Assembly (NCBI GenBank): GCA_008632985.1
Contig: QPGO01000038.1
Coordinates: forward strand, 87,939 to 151,938
DNA from: Psammoneis japonica
Taxonomy: Eukaryota
Direction: 5' to 3'
DNA: 64,000 bases
The notes under the pieces were generated by a model. The model saw only the letters and a program-made list of their open reading frames with translations, was not told the origin of the DNA and did not search any database. The number at the start of each line of letters is the position of its first letter. Positions within the stretch are counted from its first letter, which is position 1. Below are positions 34,170-47,675 of the stretch, piece by piece. The translations under genes and the position numbers were made by a program.

Positions 34170-36859
34170 TCAATCTTCATGGCAGATTAGAGCCAATCGT
34201 TTAAGAACATGGTGAGGGCATCTTTCGCTCCATGTTTTCCATGCCAACGACGATGAGCAACCCTCCTTACCAAACTTGGAAACTCCCAGTGTCGCTAGCT
34301 CTGCAATTCTTACGCTACAATCCCGTCTAATGAGTTCTATTTCTCTGTGGGTCAGATGCTCTTCATGCCTGTCAAGGAATGATGCTTCCAAGTCGACCAG
34401 CAACTCAGCCGCGACGTCTAATTCGCCGACAGATCCAGAATTCTGTGGTTGTCTGAGAATGGCCACTGTGTGTGATTCGTAACATACTTCTTCCTTATTC
34501 GCTTGTCTTGACTTCAATATATCCTTGATAGCGGCGACGCTCGCCTGGAGGGACTCTCCAGCTTGTTTTGAGACTTTGATATTTTGTTCAGGGGCAGTCT
34601 GTGAGCTGTGTTTTCGGTGCCACAACCCAACTGCGGGGAACGATGCAACAGAGCGACAATCGTTTTGTACCAGTCGTAGCCAAAGATCGTAGTCTTCGGC
34701 CGCTCGAAGGCTCTCGTCGTAGCCTCCTGCTTGGACAATCGCGTCCTTTCGAAACATTGCCGTTGGATGAGCTAAACAACAAGAAAAGAACATGCACCAA
34801 GCTGTAAAGCCAGGGGAAGCTTGGTATATTGACGGGCGTACGTGGAATGAATTGACCGAATCACGATTCCTGCGGTCTCGCAGCGACTCTTTGTCTGTGT
34901 ACGGCAGGCACTCTGGCGATAGCTCCACCACTTCTCCCTCATCGGATTTAAAATCATAGGCTGACGATGTCTCTCTGAAAACCAACGCATTCGTTCCAAG
35001 AACGGCAAGGTGTGGCTGACTCTCGATAACACGTTTCTGTAGATGTAAACGTCCTGGACAAGAAACGTCGTCCGCATCCATTCGCGCAACAACATCAGCC
35101 TCGCAATGGCCGAGTCCAATGTTTAACGCAGCGGATATACCAGGACGGGAAGAGGCGTGTACATCGAGGCGGATCTGAACACCTTGAATGTGTTCCTTGG
35201 TATTCCCGTAGGCTTGCTTACAGTTTGTTCGACGGTCATTGACTGAAAGCGTGACATACTCGTACTTCTTGAGAAGACTGACAGCCGTGCCCATCATGGT
35301 ATCGATACTTCCGTCGTTACAGTGGTCGTCCACCAAGACTATCTGCAAAGGAGACAAGCTCAAAGATACACTATCCATAGAGTTGGCGCGTTCGGCATTG
35401 GCATTACCATGTTCGAGTAGCAACTTCTTTCTTTGGAGATTTTCCCATTCGTCAATAGGCTGCATGATGATTGATGTTATAGCGTGAGCTGCTGCGTAAG
35501 TCGGACCTGTCCGTACCGGAATCAGAATGCTGAGTGATGGTTTGTTATCTTGGATGCCAATTGTAGTTGCTTGAGAGAAGTTGGAAACATTGTCTGTGTT
35601 GTCGGGTTGATTCATCCACACACTTCCGATATGGGATGAATCGAATGCGGCAGCCTGATACTTTTCTAAATCCAAATTCTGTTGGTCTGTCATATGTTTA
35701 ATCAAAGCTTTTGGTGTGTATTTTTCCTTGCTGTCTTGGCATGCTAATGGGGCCTGGTAGAGTGTTTGAACACGATTGACAGCCAAAACAACGAGAAATG
35801 GACGGCTCGGGATTGCGCACAACAAGGGTTGATTCGACTTGCACAATACATTGTTGCCGCCTATTTCAAAAGGATTCGGATGCTTGAGACTCGGTGTTCC
35901 CTGCAGCTCCCTCAAAATCAAACGAAAAGTAGAGTCATGATACACACCGCCTGCATGTTGTCAAAGGGATCGTTGAGGACGAAGGGTACTTACAAGTAGC
36001 AAAGGCGCAAACTTCGTTGCAACGATGGTAACTACGCACCTGACAAGTCAAATGGATACGACCAATCTTGGGCACCGTCCACCTTTTGAGCTTTATTGAG
36101 CGCATACAAAAAGATACCATCCGTGGACTGACCAACACGAGTAGTCGTTTCAATTGGCATGTACTGAAATAGCCGGCTTGGAGCGGGCGATGGTTGCTGT
36201 TTTGTTTGACACCAGCATATTCCAGGATGCAGCCGTGACAGAAATACTGTATCTTGTCGTCGATTCAATGATTGAATAGCAGTGCTTAGCAGTTCCCACA
36301 GTGAAACTAAGAGTAAACAGTCGTCTGTCAGGAGAAACCAAAAAGAATTGTATTCACTCTTGTCTTCATCATCGTTCTTGGCTACAACAAGGTTCATCAT
36401 ACAAGCTTGAAACGAAAGTTCGTCATCCGCACCCTCTTCCACGTAGTTCAGAGACAGCTTGGAATTTTTGAAAACCGCACGCTGTAGATCCGTTATAACC
36501 TCGTCATAATAGGTAACATACTCTTCACTTGGTTTGCAAATCACGTCAAGTTGAATCTTTGAGATGGCATCTGCGTCGTCGTCTTCAAGCTTCATTGAGC
36601 GAAGCAGTTGCTGTAGCTGCCACGGGCGATCCTTGGTAAATACAACAACCCTAACCATAGCCGGCTTTGCGGGTATCTGATGTTTCGTCGAGAGATCGAC
36701 ATGCTTTTCTCGAGTTGCATCACAATCACTTTTGGTGTTCTTCTCAACGCCCCAATTAATCTTGTTCGAAGTTCCTGCAAAAGACGCAACAAGGTCAAGA
36801 ACAGACGAACCAGGGTCACCATCCCCGGAAGTTAAGCCGATAGACAGTATTTCTTCCAT
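34170..36859 (-). CDS. Glycosyltransferase family 2 protein, two exons (36040-36859, 34170-35950)
   Basis: GT-AG intron 35951-36039 joins YPFDLSG-GVY. GT-A motifs SILIPV, VLVDDHCNDGS, ALNIGL, ARMDADD, HPTAMFRK and AEDYDLWLR. Confidence 0.88.
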
Positions 36860-36907
36860 GCAGTCCGTCTCTATTGTTGGTCCTTTCTTACCGGTAGCAA
36901 TGTATGT

Positions 36908-37158
36908 TCATCGTGAGACCCCACAAATACGGAGGGACCCTCCTGTAGAGCTCTACGCGAATTTTTGTATGTGGTACTGAAACATGTAGCCTACATACGC
37001 AAAACTGGTACAGTTTCTACGACAAAAATCCGAAAAAACGCCTAGTTCGCGAGATAGCTCTGGTACAAAACCTACGTGAACAGTCCCCATACATTCACGT
37101 AGAACTCTACACATTTCCGGGTTGCGGGTCCCTCCGTATTTGTGGGGTCCCACGATGA
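36908..37158. mobile_element. MITE with 33-bp TIRs and a 4-bp ATGT target-site duplication
   Basis: TCATCGTGAGACCCCACAAATACGGAGGGACCC (36908-36940) matches the reverse complement ending at 37158 with one mismatch. ATGT lies at 36904-36907 and 37159-37162. Confidence 0.8.
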
Positions 37159-37219
37159 ATGTGGACGCCATTTTGCCATTTTGCTTTGCTAGTAGGTGCG
37201 ATGATTGCTATCTTTTGTG

Positions 37220-40200
37220 GCTTGGCGTGCTTTTCGTCTGCTTGTCGCTCGATCGATCCAATCGAGCTTCCTCCCTGTGCCCTGTTGTTTTGTGTGCTGA
37301 CAGACACACAACTGCAAATCAATTCAGTTCCACTGCAGAGCCTCTGTCATGGTGGAGGTGCTCTTCCTCCATGCAATGCCTGCAATTGTCCTCATTGTGG
37401 GTGATGCCAAGAGCAACAACTCTGGCTTTGTTCTTTTGTGCATGTGGCCACACCTGGCTGGTGGATTTTCAAAAAACGTCAGCACCAGAGCCTGAGCAAG
37501 GGCGAGTGTCGATGCTGGACAGAGAGCTGCACTGGGAGGCACTGCATGAAGCAGCTCACAAAACTGTGTCAGAAGCTGGCTCCACAGACTGATGATTTTG
37601 TGGGCAACCATTTGTTCTCTGTCATCACCTTGGGGCGCCACTTCAAGTTGTGCACGACATGATGTTTGGTTGACTTGGAGCCCCAAAGAGAGAGAGAGAG
37701 AGCTTGTTGGTGAGTGAGACATGACCACAAAGCCATGGCTGAGAGCAAAGTTGCAGAACAAGGTTGTGGAAAGAGCACTCACAAGCAAGGGTCAACATGC
37801 AAAAAACTGAAGCTTCTTTTCCTGCTCACCACTTCTTGCCCAACCTTTTTGTGGCTCCCATTGCTTGGCACAGGCCTGTTGTCAGCACTCCATTTGGTGC
37901 TTCTGGTGTGACCAAGATGCAGAAGAGCCCCCAGCATCTGACAGCACAGATGTCTGCTCTTTGGCAATTTCAGCAAAACCACAGATGTGCTCTTGGAAAA
38001 GCAAGTGGCTGGGGAAAGTCATCCAATGGAAAACTGTCAAGTCAAAGGAAGAACCTTCTTTGCTCTTGCTTGCAGCAGTGCTCAGTCAACAAAGCAGCAA
38101 TGTGTGTTGAGGGTGCTGCATGGTGCACATTGCACAAAGAGGCTGTGCTGTTTGCTGGCCAAAGTTGTTTTAAAAGCATCAGCTTTGATGTCGCCAGAGA
38201 AACACTGCGCCAGTTTGTGAAGAGCAGCCAATCATTGTGGAGTCACAGAACAGAGCTCCACATTTTTGGGTGGCTCAAGATCAAAGACAGCAAAGGTTGG
38301 TCAAAGCCACCCCACAACAGCTCTGAACAAGGGCCACTCAAAACAAAACATGATCCCCAGCTGTGTCAACCCCCGCCCCTGTGGCACAGAGGAAACGCCC
38401 CACCAGATCACCATGATTTGCACATCATTTAATGCCAACCTGTGATGTGTCAATGTTGTTCCAACATTGAGCACTTTTGCCATGCATTTTGTTTGTCTGC
38501 CACATTTTTCAGGGGCAAAGCAACATGTGGCAGAAGCACTGGTTTGTCTGGCAGGCTGCTGTTGCTTTGTTTTTTTTGCCACATCACTTGCCATGATGGA
38601 TTTCCATTTTTTGGCCCCATCTCTCCTCACCATGTGGTCGATTGTTTGTGGATTGATGAGGTTTTTCTTTGTTTCCTTTGGCAATGTGCTTTTTGCAGAG
38701 CAGCACACAAGTGATGAGAAATGGCCAAATTGCACAGAATGTGTGTGTGTGACTCTGTCAAAAATCTCAGAGAAATGGAATGTGAATGACAAAACAAGAT
38801 GGAAAATGAGCTCATGTTCCATCATCACATGCCAACACATGAACCCATGTTGTGTCCAAATTGCCTTTTTTTTCACATTCCATTGCCTCGTTCCAAGAGC
38901 CAAGAAAAGAGGCCGTGCTTGTTTCATTTTCTTTCTTTTGCTTTTGTCACATTCTGTTTGCACAATGTTGTGCACTCCATGCCTCCAAAAGAGAAATGGA
39001 GTGCAAATGTTTTTAATTCCATGGCATTGCAGTGGGAATGTGGCATGCTGTCTGCTGTCTTCCAGAGCAATGGAAATGGAGCACAGAGTGGAGTGCGCAA
39101 AAGTCTAAAATGGGATTGTCGCCACTCAGCCAAGTTTCAAAGGCTTTTCGTGGATCTTGGGAGTGCACCTGCCAGCAGGAGCTGAGGGGCATTTCAACTC
39201 TGTTCTCTTCTTGCAAAAACCTGCAGCACTCAGCTTGTGCTCCAGAATGACAAAATTTGGCATCATGCTGAAAAAACTCTCATCTCAAATGATGCAAAGA
39301 AACCAACTTTGTGGCAAGTTTCACACAAAGGGTCAGTGCATGATGGTGTGCAAGTTCAACAATGACAAACCATGAGGAGGCTCTGCCATGCAAGACATGA
39401 CATGAAGTGGGCGGCCATGTGGTGTGCAGCACTGCAAACAAGAAGAATGACAAACACCACAATGGGGTGCATGATTGTTGCTTGGTGGCAGCAGCCCAAC
39501 TTCCACCAGCAGATGACCATGCCCACCTCCCAAGCCTGCCCATTTTGTTCCAACCTCAAAAGATGCCTGCATGAAAGCAAGACTCTCATCCCATTGCAAC
39601 CAAAAAGAGAGCTGAAGAGACAAGGGAGTCAAGCCAAACTGCTCCGTCAGTGCATCAACAATGCATGCAGAATCCATCAAAAAAGCCCAAATGTCTCCAT
39701 CCTGCTTGTCAGAAATCATCCAGACAGCAACATTTCAAGAGAGTTTGGGAAGTGCAGAGCCTTGGCAAGTGTTCCTCCCCAGTTGAGCCCCTTGACCAGA
39801 GTGCATGCAACAAGATTCTTGTGAGCCATTTGTGCTCCAAGACTGCAGTGCACCAACAGCCACCAATGCTGCAGCTCCCCAAGACAACCCAACACTCTCT
39901 CCCACATGAGAGCACCCTGACTGCCTCTGAACACCAGCTGCATTTGCTGGATGACCCAGCAGACACCACTGCTCAGCCTCCCTGCATGAGTGGCACAGCA
40001 CAGTCAAAAGCTTAAAAAAAACACCAAACCCAATTTTAAGTGCCACCAAACCTTTGCCCAGCAGCTGGAACAACAGGTGCCGCTGAAGGGCAAAGCCCTG
40101 CTGGAACAGTCAAAATGGAGGAGGAAAAAAATGGATTTTGCTGGGGTCTTTTGGGGATCTTTGTTTCAGTCATGCACACATTGGGCACACTGCAAACCAC

Positions 40201-42010
40201 AACAGCATTGCACACCCACTGTCATTGACAGCTGCTCTCCAAGAAGTCATTCATTCCGTTGATTCATGACATTGTGTCACAACCAACTCAGCTGCTGAGC
40301 AAACCTCTTTTTGGCTTTGATGAACCAATGGCTCTGAAGCAGCAGAGACAAACTGGCAAATCTGCAAACAGCATTTCAACCTTGACCTTGAAGCAGCCAT
40401 CTGAGCTCAAAAGATGTCAGCACTGGAAAGTGGCTCCAAGTTTTGACTGGTGGATCAAGTCACCCCCTTTTTCAGCATCATCCTCTGTGGAACAATGCAT
40501 CCAGTGCCCTGTCCACAGGTGCACAAAATGTCTGCTGCTGCAGCCTGTTGACTGAGAGGCATGGCTGCAAGACATCCAAGATGCTCTGCAAAGAGGAGCT
40601 CACAATTTGGCAGTGAGAAACTCTTCAGCTCCACTGCAGAAACTGCACATCAAAGTGCAAAATGGCTGGGAATTCCCACTGCAAATGTGGATGAGATCCA
40701 TCTGTCATGGAAGGCTCTCATTTTTTTCTCATTCATCCCTCTCAAGTTTTGAAAGAAACCATGTCCGTGGAAGTGGGTGTCCTGACAGAATTGTCTTGAG
40801 TCAATCTTGGTGAGCTCATGCTCGCACCACCCACCATGATGTTTTGCATCTCACCCTGGTTCTGGGGCACAGGAGGAGGTCTTTGGAATGAAAGCAAAGC
40901 AGTTGCAGGAACATGAAATTTTTGTGGACCAATTGTTCTCTGACATGTCATGGCTGGATTGGTGTGCTTGCTTGTCTCACAAAGCATTTTCTCAGCTCTT
41001 CTCTGACCCCCTTTTCATCAAACACACAGATGTGGATGATTCTGTGTTTGAGCCCTTGTTCAAACCTGGCAGTGTTTTGTGAGTGCAGCGCCAGTCCATG
41101 CCAGTGGCTGACTGCATCAATTGAAACACAGCATCAACAGGAGAAGTCTTGGTTGATGAGCAAGACAATCATGGAGATCACCTTGAAGCAGATCATCTGT
41201 GTTGGTGCTCTCAGAAGGTCGCTGCATTGTGTCACACAAGGTTTTTCTGTCAAATCCATTGACGATCCCAGAGCTGTCAGCTTCAATTGAGACACGCAGC
41301 TTTTGCAGCACAATCTCAACCAAAAGAGCTAAAAAGAACAAAGGCGCAAAAGCAAAATTGGTGTTGTCGTGCATGACCTCGAAGATCAAGATTGTTGTCC
41401 CGCGGAAACCACAAACCACAGCCACTGGAGAAAGAGGTGCAACATTTGTGAGGCTGGAGACAGTGCCACTCTCTTTGAGTCAATGGATGATGATGAACAT
41501 CTGGCTGCACCCATTTGAACATTGGGCAAATTGTTGGTGTGCAGACAAGAACAAGAAGGTGCAGCAACAGAGACAAAAACAGCTGCGGAGATGGCACATG
41601 GGGCACCTCACACAGCAACAGATCACTGGCAGAATGAAGCCTCTTGACAACACACTGGGGCATCAAGCCTCAACATTGAACAAGCAGCACAACCTGAGAC
41701 CCAATGCTTTTGCATTTGCCAAGTTTTTCTCAAGAACAAACACAACGCAGCAAAAGGAAACTGGGGGAATGTGGGGGCTTTTGCACTGGACGAGCACCGC
41801 GCTTGTTGGTGATTGTTTTTTCTTGTTTGCCAATGATTGCTCCAAATGCCAGTCGCATGCACACCCTCTAAAGTGGCTTAAGGAGATCACATGTGCAGTG
41901 ACCAATGACACTGCCTGCACAGCACAGATGACCCCACATGAACGGAACTGTAAAGCAGGTCCGCTGCTTGCCGGTGGACAAGCAGCGCATCATGCGCGTG
42001 CGCTTGCGTG
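37220..42010. mobile_element. Heavily decayed repeat block (TpA- and CpG-depleted), including a possible DIRS-type gag Zn-finger remnant
   Basis: No credible intact gene. QLCGKFHTKGQCMMVCKF at ~39300-39360 resembles the gag finger of the element at 26 kb. Confidence 0.5.
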
Positions 42011-42202
42011 ATCTCAGTCGTGATGTCTGATGTGATGAGGTGTCAATAAGACTCAAAATAGACTGCGCTGTGAAACCGAATCCCAACACTTCTTACCACA
42101 ACACGATCAAAAGGCTTCCGGCATTATTCCTGGAGTGTGGCGCTCTTTACATGCAGCACTCCCGTGCGACTATTGACAGCTTATTGTTTCCTATTCAATA
42201 TC

Positions 42203-43179
42203 ATGCATTCAGACGACCTCTTCAACCATCTAACTCTACGGCAGATATTTGAGCGTACGCTGAGTATCTTTTCATCTCAATGGATAATCTTTCTTGCTTT
42301 GACAGTGACGGAGATACCTACGGCATTTCTGGTTGTCCTTGTTGGTGTCGCTAATTTGTTTATCGATGATCCAAATGTCACAGATGCTCAAGTTAGATTC
42401 CTCCGTCTACTTTTTCTGCTCACATTGACAGTTCACATTTGCATCGACGTGATCCTGCGCGGTGCCAGAATACGAGCTGTTGCTGATGTCTATGCGGGCG
42501 AAACACCGCGCTACTGCAATACAATGAAGAAGGCTTCAAAGAGAGTCGGTTCTCTCTTCTGTATCACCCTTCTTTTTGGGGTCCTTTGGCAACTTGTAGA
42601 GACTCTCATCGAATTCACCAGCTATGGACTTGACATGAACCTCATCGTAATTATCGTGGCTTTTGTCTTCATCGCCGTTTTCATCCTTTTCCTTCTCTAT
42701 CTATTGGCACCATTTGCAAGTATCTTGCCATTGATCGTGGTGGAGAATGAGACGATTGTAGGCTCTTTCCGTCGTTCTTGGGAGTTGGCGTACGGCAGTC
42801 GCGGCTTGATCTTTTGTGCATGGCTTTTCTTCATGATTGCCAGTGTTGCCTTGTCATTCTGCCTCCCACTGATATCGCTGGTCATTATTATCCCCTTTGG
42901 TGACATGTAAGTCCTGTATCGGATTTTCCAAAATGCCGTATGCACTCCTCCTTGTACCAACTCATTCGCGTTTCCTCGTCAACTTCATTCGACAGACTTA
43001 TAACCGTCATCTACATTGCCTTACGAGTAGAAAAGGAGGGACTAAACCGTTCTGTCCTCTGTCACGAACTGGAAATAATAGAGCACTTACCAATTCCAGT
43101 GACGGATGACGAGGAATACGTACCGTATTCGGACAAGACTGGAAACGCCCAAACTGCGGTGGCTACGGGTACCGTGTAG
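42203..43179 (+). CDS. Multi-pass membrane protein, two exons (42203-42906, 42996-43179)
   Basis: GT-AG intron 42907-42995 gives PFGDILITVIYIALRVEKEGLN. Several TMs and a PLIVVENETIVGSFRRSWEL motif (GDPD-membrane-domain-like). Confidence 0.8.
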
Positions 43180-43429
43180 ACACCAAACCGAGGTAGCTCA
43201 GAACGAATTGCCTTTGAGCTTCGATGTTGCGCAAACCTACCTTAGTCTCTATTTTTGGATATTGCATCTTCACCTTCACATTAATTGCAGCAGAGATAGT
43301 ACATAGACTAGCTAGATAATTCATAATTCATTCATTTTAGCTTTTTTTCAAATCAATGCGCGAGGCTAGAGGGTTAGGGTTAGCAGGCGAAGACGACGAG
43401 TTTTGAAAATTTGCCTTGACGTCACGAGT

Positions 43430-46400
43430 CACGTAGAATTCCACGCATCATTCTGGTGCGAACAGGTGCACAGCATGAGACGACGATGGCGATGACTGCA
43501 GGATGCAGGGCAAGGCAGGTCACGGTGAGGAGCGTTGCTGCTCAATGCGGAGCAGTGTCTGCTTAAGAAAAGGAGGCTGACCAGTTGTTTGGCAGAGATG
43601 CCCAGACTTTCAATTGCAACGCGCGCTGGCTTTTGGGGGACAAGATGGTGTGGCAGAGCTTTTCCTTGGACCCTGTCCAAACACTGTCATGCGTGTGATC
43701 ATGCCTGACATCACAGGGCCTAAAATGAGCCTCTTCAAAAGAAGCCAAACCACCAGCAGGCATTCGTCATCAGCGACGACAATGACACAGCAAACGAACA
43801 ACCCCTTCAACATCATGAGCGGCAGCCACAAGTGCTCCTGTGGAGGGGGCTCTCGCAAGCATGTGTGTGATCAACAAGCAGGCATCAAAGCAAACAACGT
43901 GGCAAGTTTGCTTGCTTCAAGATTTCTGCCATTTTGGAGGTGAGCTGTGGAAGCTGCAATGTGCGACGTGCAACTTGCACCTCAAGGGAGGGATGCGTCT
44001 CCCGCCAGGCCCAGTTCATGACAGGTGAAATCATGTCAGCACAATGCATTGAATCTTTTCTTGATGTGAGCAAACTGGCAGAAAAGGAAAGGGTTTGCCA
44101 TCCAGCCAATGCTGGCTGCGAAACTGTGCACCTCAACAGAGGAGAGATGGGGAACCGGTCACACTCAATTTCATGTGCAGATCGCCCGATCAACACCCTG
44201 ACCACCTGCATGATGCTCTCCATGAAACGTCAGCCACAACATGGACTCAAGAATGACTGGAGAACATGTCTTCAACAAATCAAGAGTGGGGATGTTGCAA
44301 TCTCTTCTTTCCAGCACATGCTGAGAAGAGCCGACATGTTGCGGGCATTGACTGTGTGACAGAAAGAGCAACTTGGCCGCACAAATGTCAGCAACTGCTC
44401 TGATTCTCCAAGAAGCCAATCTTGACATCTGTCTTCTTCATGAAGTGCAGTTTGAGACTTTGTCAGAGGCATGAAGTCTCCTCTCCTGTCAATGACTGTG
44501 CTGTCATCCTTTTCTCACGTGGGGACAACATTCAGTTGCAACGTGTCCGTGTTCTACTTTTTTTTTGAGACTCCCACGCAAGTTCTAATTTTTCCATTTC
44601 TGGGGGAGAAAAGAATGCTCTCCTCCTGCAGCACCTCAGCCATGTTCTTGGCAGTGACAAAAGAAGTGACTTCAATTTGGCTGGTGTGAGACTGTCACAA
44701 CCTTCTCTGTGACTGGATTGAGTTGAGCAATTTTCTTAAAAGGGGGTTCAGAGGGAAGAAACATGAAGACCCATTCTGCCATTTCACCGTTGATGATGCA
44801 CCTCTCTGAAATTGGAGTGGTTTGTTGCAGCTCCAACCAGCCCACCACGTGCATCTTTGACCCTGTTCGGGTCATTGGTGGGCTCTGTGTGCAACAGGTT
44901 TTTGAAAAGACCTCAGCACAAATTTGGAGTCAATGCAAATGTTGCCAAGAGCAGGGATGTTTGGGATTGCATCTGGCCTTGTTCTGTTGGAAAGTCTGGG
45001 TTACAAAGTGCACGAATGAGACCCAACATTTGACTCTTTCAAAACACCCTCCAGCTCAATCTCTCCACCAGCCTTGTTGGGACAAAAGGAACTTTCTTGA
45101 TTTTTCTGATTGCTTGCTGCTGCTTTGGGGGAGATGCCAGCCAGTGCCATCTTCTGCGAAGTTGTCTCTAAGCTCTCTTTCTGCACCAAAGATTTGAACA
45201 TTGTTTTGTGTTTTGCAATTGAAAAACTGACGCAGGCACAACCCATGTCTGTGCCCACAATCTTTTGCCAGCAAGTGCAGTGCCTCGTCAAGTCATGTCA
45301 GCCAGCAACACGCTTTCATTGAAATTGTGAGTGGGCAGAAAAGTGAGGGTGAAAAGCCATTTAACTCTCTCTTCTCTTTGTGGACCTGCTTTCACGTGTT
45401 TTGACAAACACTGTTCAAAATGGCACTTGCAAATTGAACAAGATTTGAACAATCCCCCACAGTTTGCCAAGCTCTGTGATGCAGCCATGCAAACAGCCAA
45501 TTTGGTTCCTCTTGTTTGATTTTGGAACTCCAACTCTGGACTCATGTTCTGTCATGCAGCATGAAGCTGCTGCAGCAGGGGGGTTTTTGTGCATGGAAGC
45601 ACCACACAATGGAACAATTCTTGGAGCAAGCCTTTTGACACCATGTGATTCTGGCATGCTTTCAAGGCACATGGCAGAAACTGGTGCTGCAGCTGAAAAA
45701 ACACAGAAAGACAGAAATGTTTGTCAGTGCCTTGAACCCCAACATGCTCAACTCACTGCACTGACCTTCTGCAAGAGAGCATCAGTGCACATGCCATTTT
45801 GATTTGGTGCTCTTGAACTTCAAAGTGCCGCCAGCTTTGTTGAGCACTTGCTGTGCTGAACAAAACAATGTTGTCTTTGCCAGCACACTTGTTGATGAGG
45901 ACCCACAAAGAGGCAGGAGAGGTTCTCAGCAATTGTGGAGATCTCTGAGCTGGAGACCAAGAGTCAGTTGGGCCCCTGAGTTTCATACAAACCTGCTTTT
46001 GACAAAGCTGGCACATTTCTTCTGGAGGCAAGCAAAGCAAATGCTCATGTGCAAGAGAAAGTTGGGGTTTTCAGAGCATTGTTTGCACAAACAAAGGTTG
46101 CTCAAGTTGTGGCAATGACACCAGAGAGCTGCCCTGTTGCAGGCAGAGATGTTTTGCAGCTCACAGCAGCAGGGCTTTCAAGGGTGGCAGCTGCCTGCTG
46201 TGAGGTGGCTGCTCTGATGAAAGCACTGGGGTTTGCTCCCAAGCACACCATGTCAACTCCTTGACAGATGTTTGTGGTTGAAAAAAATGAAAAAAAATGA
46301 TGCTCGCGGATTCTTGTGTTGTTTGCAATGCTTTGGGCCTGGGTGCCCAATCCAAACATTGGCCAAATCAGTCTGTGCACCAACCCCATGCAGGTCTGTG

Positions 46401-47340
46401 CTGGGCTGCAAGCACACAAGCCAAACTTGTGCTGTCTGGAGCTTTCCTGTTCAAAAATCTGCACCAACACCTGGGCGGAGCCCCATGAGAAAGTTTGCAC
46501 CCAGTTTCCAAGAAAGCAGACGGCAACAAGAAGTGCATGGAATGACAGCAGGGGGCAAAATTTGGCAAGCACAAGAAGTTTTGTGGAGCTTCAGAACCCC
46601 CATGATTTTTTGTCTCGTCCAAAAATGCAAATTAAAAAAGTTTTTGCCAGCAGAGTGTCAGGTTTGACCCAGCCATGCTGGACACATGGCACTTGCAACA
46701 CCAAATCTGTCAAACCCCACGTGTGGACTCCAGCACCCAGAAACACTGTTTGGCGCACACTCCAGTTGGGAGACTCTTCTGCTTTCTTTAGTGGCATGCA
46801 GGATTTTGTGCTCTAACCTCACACTTGTGCAAAAAATGACACAGGAGCAGATGAAAAATGCACAGCCAAGGTCACACAGGAGCACCCAGCAGCTGTGCAG
46901 TGTCTGACAAGGATGAGGCAGTCATGCTCATGTTGACCACATCAACTCTGTCAGCTGCATTTTTGCATTGTGTGTTGTTGACAGTGCTGATGAGCATGCA
47001 GAGTGCTGCTGGCTGCTCAGCATTTGTTTGCAAAATTGCACTGCTCACAAGTGATCTTCTTTGTTCAACTGCACAAGCTTTTGCATTGTTTTTGGCACAC
47101 ATGCGTTTTGGTTGGAGATTTAAAAACTGGCATTTGACTTGACCGGAGTCATGCATCATGCATCATCTTGGCTCAAGAGATTGCAGATGTTGTGTCTTTT
47201 TGTCTTTGCTCTGGTGTTAATTTGTTTTTTTTTTCTGCAGCAAATGCATCAGTGGCTGCAGCAAGGTCAGATTGAATTGCTTTTTCATTGTACGGAAGAG
47301 TGTCAAAATGTTGGTTGCATCGAATCCAGAGGTCAACGGT
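43430..47340. mobile_element. Heavily decayed repeat block (TpA- and CpG-depleted), family not identified
   Basis: Abrupt compositional shift on both sides; only fragmentary Tyr-poor ORFs. Confidence 0.45.
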
Positions 47341-47675
47341 GGTGAGAGAAAAAAAATGTCACATCTCTTAAGTGCCGGATGAACGACCAATGAGGGATGC
47401 GCACATAGGGCGTGATTCAACAATAAGTTGTGGTCTGATGCATGGTTTGGTTTCGCCGCAGGATTGCCATGTTCCGCAACCGATAAATTTGCTGGAGAAC
47501 GTGTTTGCACTGGCTCTAAGTGGCTCTGCCTGGAGAAGAAGAACAAGAACTCGGGATTGTCGGCGAGGCTACTAATTACAGTTCTCGTTTCCAAGACAGT
47601 TATTTAACTCTTTCTCGAAACCCATGACCATTTCATTACCATCGTCAAGTCTCCAACAAATGGCCAAGCATCAAC

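Noticed and set aside
37220..47340. Classical fungal RIP, or CpG deamination alone
   Set aside because: RIP raises TpA and depletes CpA/TpG, the opposite of what is seen. CpG decay is present but cannot remove TA or turn Tyr into Cys/His.
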